From an uncultured Nitrosopumilales archaeon (GTDB taxonomy: Archaea; Thermoproteota; Nitrososphaeria; Nitrososphaerales; Gagatemarchaeaceae), in assembly GCA_964568185.1 (NCBI GenBank), contig CAZMON010000001.1, positions 690,861 to 722,860 of the forward strand: a DNA stretch of 32,000 nucleotides, in the 5' to 3' direction. Within the stretch, counting starts at the first letter, position 1. Each line of letters begins with the position of its first letter. The position numbers were made by a program, and so were the translations under genes. The notes beneath the pieces were generated by a model. It was not told the DNA's origin. It searched no databases and saw only the letters and a program-made list of their open reading frames with translations. Positions 25,177-32,000 of this stretch are shown here, piece by piece.

Positions 25177-25529
25177 AGCCAAAGGTCAAATACCGTGGGA
25201 ATGTCTCGGACGCAGCCTTGGTCAGCGACCTGAAAAGCAAGGTCAGAGAGAAACTCGACGAATTGGTCGACGAGGAGTCGACAAGGAAGTTCGGAGAACT
25301 CAACATCGTGACAGACGTCTCCGAGGTAACGTCCGGCTCAATGAAGGTCAAGTTCCAGCCCCTCTCAGCCTACAGCCCTCTCGCCGTCGACATCGGAAAG
25401 AACATCAGAGATGCTGCCATGACGGTAGATGGAGTGAAGTCAATCCGAGTCGAATGCAGCGGCCACATGATGGACGAACTCGTCAACAGGATAGTCAACA
25501 AGGAAGAGATCAAACCGAAGAGATACTAG
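25170..25529 (+). CDS. DUF59 (MIP18/SufT-like) domain protein, Cys-less variant
   Basis: The layout LDELVDEES...LNIVTDVSEV....MKVKFQPLSAYSPLA..I...I......V.GVKSIRVE follows DUF59. The TTG/GTG start overlaps the gcvPB stop. Confidence 0.65.
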   Translation: MVKPKVKYRGNVSDAALVSDLKSKVREKLDELVDEESTRKFGELNIVTDVSEVTSGSMKVKFQPLSAYSPLAVDIGKNIRDAAMTVDGVKSIRVECSGHMMDELVNRIVNKEEIKPKRY

Positions 25530-25625
25530 CTCGCCAGCCCCGTTTCCTGGGCGAGTGAACAAAACTACCATGACGAGTCAACAGTTTTAGTAACTGGGAT
25601 TGTAAATGCCCTCGGACTCATAGGG

Positions 25626-26660
25626 GTGGGCCCTAGCGTGTTCGATCAAAATTCTGAAGTCACTGCCGTCGGGATAGGGACCGCCGGTAGCAGAATCGTC
25701 TCCCTGCTGAGCAAACAGTCCCTGCTCATAGACAGGTTTGCCTACATCTCTTGCGACAAGGGAGACCTGGATGCCGACTCGGGGGAAAAGATACTCATCG
25801 AATCGCCCGTCGACCAGAAACTCAGTCCCGCAATGGCCAGAGGTCTTGCCCTCAGTTCACTCCCGAGGATCAGAGAAGCGGTCGCCGGGTCCAAAGTGGT
25901 TCTCGCCGTCGCCGGGCTGGGAGGCGCGACCGGGAGTGGGCTAGCGCCCCTCGTTTCTTCAGTCGCCCAGGAATCGGGAGCAATAACCATCGGAGTCGCG
26001 GTAATGCCTTTCGACTATGAGAAGAAGCTGATGTTCTACGCCGGGGTCTCCCTTAGACGCCTGAGGGAGTCGGCTAGAGGCGTGATCGTGGTAGATAACG
26101 ACACCCTGATGCAATCGTCGCCAGAGGATTCGACGTTGACGGGACTTTACGACTCAGCCAACCGGGAGGCAGCAAAGGCCCTCGGCGCTATCCTTTCGCG
26201 GTCATCGGAATCATCCGTCCCAGTGGGGCTGAACAAGGTCTTGGGGACCGTACTCCAGGACGGTTACTCTCTGCTGGGAATCTCTAGCAGCGCTTCTTCC
26301 GACAAGGCAGAGGAGGCCCTCGCGGGAGCGGTGGTGTCGATAGCGAAGCTGGCCGAAACCAAGGAAGCCAGCCGGGCTGTAGTCATCCTCAGAGGGGACT
26401 CGTCCCTCTCCGCCTCCGACGTCGGACTCGCGGTGAAGAGGCTGGGCTCCATGATCAACAACGAGGAGGTAGACATCGAATACGGGGTGAGCTACTCAGG
26501 TTCTGCCCAGCTCCAGGTGAGCCTACTTGCCTCCGGCTTCAGGTCGACGAAGTATGACGACTACGACCCCCTGCAGAAGATCCTCGCCGGCCGGTCGATC
26601 GACGATGAGGTGGATTCGTCTCTCCCCGAGGGGCTAGAAGCGCTGCAGTCCTGCGACTAG
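25626..26660 (+). CDS. divergent FtsZ/tubulin superfamily protein
   Basis: T1-like GIGTAGSRIV, T4 signature GLGGATGSGLAP, MPFDYE, VVDNDTL, and an FtsZ-like C-terminal domain (AVVILRGDSSLS...VSLLASGF). Confidence 0.8.
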   Translation: MGPSVFDQNSEVTAVGIGTAGSRIVSLLSKQSLLIDRFAYISCDKGDLDADSGEKILIESPVDQKLSPAMARGLALSSLPRIREAVAGSKVVLAVAGLGGATGSGLAPLVSSVAQESGAITIGVAVMPFDYEKKLMFYAGVSLRRLRESARGVIVVDNDTLMQSSPEDSTLTGLYDSANREAAKALGAILSRSSESSVPVGLNKVLGTVLQDGYSLLGISSSASSDKAEEALAGAVVSIAKLAETKEASRAVVILRGDSSLSASDVGLAVKRLGSMINNEEVDIEYGVSYSGSAQLQVSLLASGFRSTKYDDYDPLQKILAGRSIDDEVDSSLPEGLEALQSCD

Positions 26661-28322
26661 TCAACCAAGGAGGACCCGGACCGAAGCGAGGTCCGTCTCC
26701 TCGACCTTCTTGAACAGAGGCCTCAACTCCCCAATCTTCTGCCCCGCTGCCACCCTGAGCCCTGCAGCCGAAACCCATGGCTCCCCCTCGACGCTGCCTT
26801 CGAACCCGAGCTGGCTCCATATTTCCTGGGCGCTGAACGGAAGGAACGGGTCAATCAGTGTCGCAAGCCCGGCCACCAGGTTGCACGAATAGTAGATCGC
26901 CGTCGGCTCCTCCCCCTCGTCCTCCCAGGGCGCCTTGTGCTGGAAGTACTGGTTGCACTTCGCCGAGAACTCGAGGACCCTCTTCAGGGCGCGGTCGTAG
27001 TGCCCGCTCTCAATGAGGAGTCCGGCATCTTTCACGGCGTCACCAAGCTCCTTCAGGATCGATTCCTCCTCGCTTCCTGGCTTTCCGGGAGCCGGGACCA
27101 CCCCACCGTGCCTGTTCTTCACGAACACCAGAGAGCGGTAGACGAAGTTCCCGATGCTTGCGGCAAGCTCGTTGTTCACCTTGTCCGCAAACTCCTTCAG
27201 GTCGAAGCCGGAGTCGGCCTGGCTGTAGGGCACGATCCTGGTCAGATAGAACCTGAGGTAGTCGGGGGGGAAATGGTCCAGAAACTCCCTCACAGTTATC
27301 ATCCACTTCTTGCTGCGCGAGATTTTCTTCCCCTGAAGGAGCAGGTGCCCCCTGGTGGGAATGAAGTCAGGGAGCTTGTACTCCCCCTCACCAAGTCTCA
27401 TGCTCGGAAGGAAGAGGTAGTGGTGGTACACGATGTCCTTCCCAATGAAATGGTAGACCTTCGACCCGTTCCAGTAGTCCTTCCCGTCCTTGCCTTGCTT
27501 CCCCGCCGCCTTCAGGGCCGCAGTGATGTAGCACAGGTGGTTGTCGAACCACCCGTACAGTACTTTGCCTTCGGCCTCCTTGAGGGGGATCGGCACCCCC
27601 CAGGAGAGGTCCCTCGTTATGTCCCAGTCCTGGAGTCCGTTCTTGATCCAGTTGAGGACGTAATTCTTGGCGTCCGCCTGCAGGCTGCTGCTCTCCTTCA
27701 GCCATGCCTCGAGCTGTTTTGAGAAGGCGGACAGCTTGAAGAAGTAATGCTGGCTCTTTCTCTTGACCGGGGGCGTGCCGCAGATCGAGCACTTCGGGGT
27801 CAGAATCTGCCCGGGTTGTAGGGTCCGCCCGCAATTCTCGCAGCCGTCAGAGTATTGGTCCTCCGCTTCGCAATATGGACACTTCCCCTTTACGTATCTG
27901 TCTGGGAGGAACTTGCGGTCGTTTTCACAATAGAACTGGTCGACGTCGGAGACGAAAATGAACCCGTTTTCGTTCAGTTTCGTGAAGAACCGCTGGACAA
28001 GCTCAACGTTCTCCGGGGAGCTGGTACTGTCGAATACGTCGTACACGATGCCGAGCCTCTCAAGGTCCGCCTTGAACCGCCCGTTCCATATCGTCACGTA
28101 CTCGCGCGGATCCTTCCCCTGCCTCTCGGCGGCAATCAGGATCGGGGTGCCAAAGTCGTCAGAGGCGCACACCTGAACGACCTTCCTGCCAGACAGCTTC
28201 AGGTATCTGTAGAGTATGTCAGGCGGGAGGTGAGTGCTCGCGATGTGTCCCAGGTGGAGGTCGTCGTAGGCATACGGAAGCGCCGCTGTGATGATCACAG
28301 TGTCTTTGTTGAGCTCATCCAC
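26661..28322 (-). CDS. metG: methionine--tRNA ligase
   Basis: HIGH-type motif LHLGH, KMSKS-type motif KISRSKK, zinc knuckles CPYCE...CENCG and CSICG. Confidence 0.93.
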   Translation of the reverse strand: MDELNKDTVIITAALPYAYDDLHLGHIASTHLPPDILYRYLKLSGRKVVQVCASDDFGTPILIAAERQGKDPREYVTIWNGRFKADLERLGIVYDVFDSTSSPENVELVQRFFTKLNENGFIFVSDVDQFYCENDRKFLPDRYVKGKCPYCEAEDQYSDGCENCGRTLQPGQILTPKCSICGTPPVKRKSQHYFFKLSAFSKQLEAWLKESSSLQADAKNYVLNWIKNGLQDWDITRDLSWGVPIPLKEAEGKVLYGWFDNHLCYITAALKAAGKQGKDGKDYWNGSKVYHFIGKDIVYHHYLFLPSMRLGEGEYKLPDFIPTRGHLLLQGKKISRSKKWMITVREFLDHFPPDYLRFYLTRIVPYSQADSGFDLKEFADKVNNELAASIGNFVYRSLVFVKNRHGGVVPAPGKPGSEEESILKELGDAVKDAGLLIESGHYDRALKRVLEFSAKCNQYFQHKAPWEDEGEEPTAIYYSCNLVAGLATLIDPFLPFSAQEIWSQLGFEGSVEGEPWVSAAGLRVAAGQKIGELRPLFKKVEETDLASVRVLLG

Positions 28323-28366
28323 CGATGAAGATTCGGTCGTGGAACGATTATCCCCTTTCCGCGGCC

Positions 28367-29599
28367 CTAGAGCTCCCAGCTCTTTGCGTACTTCTTCTGT
28401 TCCTCCGTCTGGACCCCGATCGAGACCCCCATCGACTTCAGGGCGGCCCTTGCGATCTCGTCCTCGGCCTCGCCTGACACACCGTAGACCCTTTTCTCAA
28501 GTTTGCCGTGGTTCTTGTGGATCTGAATCGCCGCCATGAACTGGTTCGCGAAGGACATCTGCATCACCTCAGGCGGGTGCCCCTCTGCGGCGACAAGGTT
28601 CGCTATCCTCCCCTTGCCCACAAGGTAGACCTTCTTCTTTCCGGAGAGGACCACTTCGTCGACGTTGGGCCTCACGGCCTTCACACTCCTCGCCTTTCGA
28701 AGCAGGTTCTTGACATCGATCTCGACATCGAAGTGCCCTGCGTTGACCAGAATGGCTCCATCTTTCATTTTCTCAATTGCCTCATAGGGGATCACGTTCT
28801 TCTGCCCCGTGGCCGTGATGAAAAGTTGCCCCCTTTCCGCAGCCAGGAGAATGTCGGAAACCTCGAAGCCGTCCAGGTGAGCCTCGATTGCCTTGATAGG
28901 GTCTACCTCCACCACAGTCACCCTCCCCCCCAACCCACGGGCGCGCATGGCCACCCCTTTTCCCACCCACCCGTAGCCGACCACGACCACAGCCATCCCT
29001 GCGAGCAACAGAGCGGTCGCGCGCATGATCCCGTCGAACGTGCTCTGGCCCGTCCCGAACTTGTTGTCGAAAAGGAATTTCGTTTGAGCGTTGTTCACGG
29101 CGATGACCGGGTAGCGGAGCTTCCCCTGGTCTTCGAGCGCCTTCAGCCTGACCACCCCCGTGGTGGTCTCTTCCGAGCCCCCGACGATTCCGGCGGCCTT
29201 GGCCCTGTGGGCGGCGACGTGGAGGTCGGCTCCGTCGTCGACCAGCTGCTCCGGCTTTGTCCTCAGCACCTGTGTGATGGCCCAGTCATACTCCTTCGCG
29301 GTTTCCCCTCTCCAGGCCCATACTTCCGTCCTCGTTGCCAAGTATGCTGCAACGTCATCCTGGGTCGAAAGAGGGTTCGCGGCTGCGAGTTTGACCTCGG
29401 CCCCGGCTCCGAGGAGGACATCAATCAGCACCGATGTTTCTTTGGTGACGTGTAGGCAGACCGCCAGCCTGACCCCTTCCAGGGGCCGATTCTTCGAGTA
29501 CTTCTCCGCCAGAGTCGTAAGGCCCCCCATGTGGGCCTTGGCCCACAGGAAATTCCTCTCTCCGTCCCCGGCGAGTCCGGGGTCTGCGATCTTCGTCAA
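28367..29599 (-). CDS. ahcY: adenosylhomocysteinase
   Basis: GYGWVGKGVAMRARGLG NAD motif. The N-terminal GERNFLWAKAHM and the C-terminal pattern match archaeal SAH hydrolases of about 410 aa. Confidence 0.93.
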   Translation of the reverse strand: MTKIADPGLAGDGERNFLWAKAHMGGLTTLAEKYSKNRPLEGVRLAVCLHVTKETSVLIDVLLGAGAEVKLAAANPLSTQDDVAAYLATRTEVWAWRGETAKEYDWAITQVLRTKPEQLVDDGADLHVAAHRAKAAGIVGGSEETTTGVVRLKALEDQGKLRYPVIAVNNAQTKFLFDNKFGTGQSTFDGIMRATALLLAGMAVVVVGYGWVGKGVAMRARGLGGRVTVVEVDPIKAIEAHLDGFEVSDILLAAERGQLFITATGQKNVIPYEAIEKMKDGAILVNAGHFDVEIDVKNLLRKARSVKAVRPNVDEVVLSGKKKVYLVGKGRIANLVAAEGHPPEVMQMSFANQFMAAIQIHKNHGKLEKRVYGVSGEAEDEIARAALKSMGVSIGVQTEEQKKYAKSWEL

Positions 29600-30339
29600 G
29601 ACCGCCTGACCCCCGTGGTCAGCCGCTTTATCGTTACCTCCGACAAATCTTTCGCCTTCCCCCCTTCCTTCCCCATGACCTCCTTGATTTCTTCGTGGCT
29701 GACCCTCCCCTGAATCCCCGCAGCCCAGTTGGTGGCCATCGCTATGGACGCGTAGTCCATCATCATCTCCCTGGCCAGGACCACCTCCGGAACCCCGGTC
29801 ATCCCGACAACATCGGCGCCGAGGGTCCTGAACATTCTGACCTCGGCTGCGGTCTCGTACCTTGGGCCTTCGACGCAGGCATAGGTGAGGCCGGGGCGGA
29901 CCTTGAGTCCAAGCCCGCGCGCGCTAACCAGCAGCTCTCTGTTCAGAGATTCACTATACGGGTTGGTCACATCAGTATGCCGTGCCTCATCGTCGAAGAA
30001 GGTCCCGGGTCTTCCCCTCGTGAAATCCAGGAACTGCTCGAGCAGCCCGAGACTCCCGATTCGGTAGGCGGGGTTCATCGAGCCGACGGCGTTTGTCGCG
30101 ATCACCGAGGTCACCCCCAGAGCGTGTAAGGCGGCTATGTTGGCTCTGTAGTCTATCCTGTGCGGGGGTACGCCCTGCGCCTTCCCGTGCCTGGCAATCA
30201 GGTAGAACCCGCCCGTAGTGACAAGGACCGGGGTATCGCCGAACCTTGTCTTGACTTTCTTCTCAGAATCGACCTCGAAGCGTTCCGCCACGCCCGTCCC
30301 CGCGATTACGGCGAACGCGGGCCTATTCTTCCTCGGCAT
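29596..30339 (-). CDS. MTAP-family purine nucleoside phosphorylase (second, shorter paralog)
   Basis: ARHG....PPHRIDYRANI.AL..LGV..V..TNAVGS, and VEGPRYET.AE.RM....GADVVGMT. The stop overlaps the ahcY start by 4 nt. Confidence 0.8.
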   Translation of the reverse strand: MPRKNRPAFAVIAGTGVAERFEVDSEKKVKTRFGDTPVLVTTGGFYLIARHGKAQGVPPHRIDYRANIAALHALGVTSVIATNAVGSMNPAYRIGSLGLLEQFLDFTRGRPGTFFDDEARHTDVTNPYSESLNRELLVSARGLGLKVRPGLTYACVEGPRYETAAEVRMFRTLGADVVGMTGVPEVVLAREMMMDYASIAMATNWAAGIQGRVSHEEIKEVMGKEGGKAKDLSEVTIKRLTTGVRRS

Positions 30340-30865
30340 ACTTCACCAACGAGTGGATTTCATATCCGCTCAACTTCTTCCTCCCTCCCAGGAACGTCAG
30401 TTCTGCTACAAATGCGATACCTGCGACCTTTCCGCCGAGCTTCTCCACCAGGAGAGTCGCGGCCCTGGCCGTCCCCCCGGTCGCCAAGAGGTCGTCGACT
30501 ACGACGACCCTCTCCCCCTTCTTGATCGCATCGGTGTGAATCTCCAGTCCCTGCTTCCCGTATTCCAGCTCGTATTCAGTGCTGAACTTCTTCGCCGGCA
30601 GCTTCCCCAGCTTCCTTACGGGTATGAACCCGATCCCGAGCCTGTCCGCGATGGGGGCGCCAACGATGAATCCTCTGGCTTCTATCCCGACTACCGCGTG
30701 GACATTCTTCCCCCGGCAGTAGGCGACCAACGCGAGATTCACCTTCCGTGAAACCACCCCGTCCTTCCAGAGGGTCGTCAGGTCCCTGAACCTGACCCCC
30801 TTCTTCGGATAGTCGGGGATGGTCCTGATCACCCTCTTGAGGTCCTGCTCCAGCGTTGTCATCAA
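30323..30865 (-). CDS. apt: adenine phosphoribosyltransferase
   Basis: PRPP-binding loop VVVVDDLLATGGTA and the motif IPDYPKKGV.FRDLT. Confidence 0.9.
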   Translation of the reverse strand: MMTTLEQDLKRVIRTIPDYPKKGVRFRDLTTLWKDGVVSRKVNLALVAYCRGKNVHAVVGIEARGFIVGAPIADRLGIGFIPVRKLGKLPAKKFSTEYELEYGKQGLEIHTDAIKKGERVVVVDDLLATGGTARAATLLVEKLGGKVAGIAFVAELTFLGGRKKLSGYEIHSLVKYAEEE

Positions 30866-31668
30866 GCCTTCAGCCTCGCGTGCTCCAGCGCATTCCCACA
30901 GTCACAACCCCTCTTGTGCGGGAGTTCTTTCGCAATCTCCGAGATGAGGCTCCTCAGCCTGCCCAGATTCTCTTCAAAGACCCCGATCACCTCGCCATGA
31001 GAAACAGGCCTTACGTCGGGGTCACCTTCGAGCCCGGCATCGTAGTCGGTCACGAGCGAGATGTTCAGGTAGCACATTTCCTGCTCGCGGGCAAGGGCGG
31101 CTTCCGGGTACTGTGTCATGTTGACGACGTCCCATCCTTGGCTCCTGAAGAATCTGCTCTCTGCCCTCGTCGAAAACCTCGGCCCCTGTATCACGACCAC
31201 CGTCCCCTTTTCATGATATCTGATGCCCATGGCCTTCGCGGCTCGAATCCCTACCTCTCGCATCTCGGGACAGTAGGGGTCGGCCGTGCTCACATGGGTC
31301 GTTTCGGGGCCGTCGAAGTAGGTGTCCTTCCTTCCGGAAGTCAGGTTGACGAACTGGTCACAGAACACAAGGTCCCCGGGCCGAACCTCCGGTCTCAGGC
31401 TTCCCACGGCGTTCGGGGCGACCACCCTGACCACCCCGAGGCTCTTGAATGCGAAAACGTTCGCCCTGTAGGGGACCGAGTGGGGGGGGTATTGATGGTG
31501 GACCCCATGCCTGGCGATGAATGCCACCTGTTTGCCGCCCACGTCAGAGATCGTCACCCTGGAGCTCGTCGCCCCGTAGGGGGTCTTGACCGAGACATCG
31601 TCCCCCTTCCCGAAGAAACTGTAGAAACCAGAACCGCCGAAGACGCCGATCCTAGCCCTCGGCTTCAT
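30862..31668 (-). CDS. mtnP: S-methyl-5'-thioadenosine phosphorylase
   Basis: IGVFGGSGFY, ARHG..H..PPH.VPYRAN, IQGPRFST.AES and VVNMT are canonical MTAP motifs. The stop overlaps the apt start by 4 nt. Confidence 0.88.
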   Translation of the reverse strand: MKPRARIGVFGGSGFYSFFGKGDDVSVKTPYGATSSRVTISDVGGKQVAFIARHGVHHQYPPHSVPYRANVFAFKSLGVVRVVAPNAVGSLRPEVRPGDLVFCDQFVNLTSGRKDTYFDGPETTHVSTADPYCPEMREVGIRAAKAMGIRYHEKGTVVVIQGPRFSTRAESRFFRSQGWDVVNMTQYPEAALAREQEMCYLNISLVTDYDAGLEGDPDVRPVSHGEVIGVFEENLGRLRSLISEIAKELPHKRGCDCGNALEHARLKA

Positions 31669-31791
31669 GGGTCGCCTGCCAAACTTTCTGATTTAATCTT
31701 TTGAGGAATGCCCTGGGATTGAAATTGTGACAAGATTCATCTCGAGGCAAGAACCGAGCCTCAACTGCTCTGGAAAAGTCGAGGAAGGGCC

Positions 31792-32000
31792 ATGGATTCT
31801 CAAGAAATAGTTCCGATGTCTCACCCTATCGAGCAGCCCGACGAACGAGTTTTCCCAGAAGAGTTGAAATACTCAACGCCAGGGATTTTCCCTATGCCAC
31901 GAGCCTATAACGATCTGCTCTCAAGGGCAAGGTCCGGGATGGACAAGGAAGCGAAGAGGTCCGTGGGAGTCCGCCTTGAGCTCCCGATCCCCGACGTCAT
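31792..32000 (+). CDS. translation initiation factor 2 subunit beta (N-terminal part; runs off the window)
   Basis: The ATG at 31792 opens a frame that stays open to the window end. YNDLLSRARSGM.....R..V.RLELPIPDV resembles the aIF2-beta N-terminal pattern Y..LL.RA.......RFE.P. Confidence 0.5.
   Translation, partial: MDSQEIVPMSHPIEQPDERVFPEELKYSTPGIFPMPRAYNDLLSRARSGMDKEAKRSVGVRLELPIPDV

Noticed and set aside
1-32000. CRISPR arrays, rRNA genes, IS elements with terminal inverted repeats, and TAG read-through (pyrrolysine) or in-frame TGA (selenocysteine) genes.
   Set aside because: I noticed no regularly spaced direct repeats, rRNA-like sequence or transposase motifs. Many clearly complete genes end in TAG at positions consistent with family lengths (ends at 727, 1793, 4314, 19596, 25529, 26660), so TAG acts as a normal stop.

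Overview
This looks like an archaeal chromosomal segment. The evidence is an aIF2-beta start, an AglH/Alg7-type GT4 transferase, DUF354, archaeal-type tRNA-Gln, MTAP and SAH hydrolase, and TATA-like boxes about 30 nt upstream of start codons. A Thermoplasmata-like euryarchaeon is only a guess. Most of the window is GC-rich housekeeping: a surface-glycan/N-glycosylation cluster (3.3-8.4 kb), thioredoxin reductase, an AmmeMemoRadiSam radical SAM enzyme, glycine-cleavage P subunits, MetRS, and a tight SAM/MTA-recycling operon (ahcY, two MTAP paralogs, apt). The most interesting structure lies downstream of tRNA-Gln(UUG) at 8453-8524. The last 18 nt of the tRNA recur exactly at 12429-12446 and degenerately at 16421-16435. 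These copies bracket two tandem segments. The first holds a 24-Cys secreted protein and a sequon-dense anchored protein. The second is a clearly more AT-rich metal-handling island: a DtxR/MntR regulator and an operon of Tat-secreted two-domain multicopper oxidase, extended ZIP permease and cupredoxin. No integrase is recognisable. Other notable items are a likely RNase P RNA in the 'empty' spacer after the tRNA, a 555-aa surface protein with ribophorin-I-like topology and motifs, a divergent FtsZ/tubulin paralog, a degenerate nucleotide-sugar-dehydrogenase-like protein, a ZIP gene whose N-terminal coding extension lacks a start codon, and a frameshifted wHTH pseudogene. I saw no CRISPR array, rRNA or recognisable transposase.
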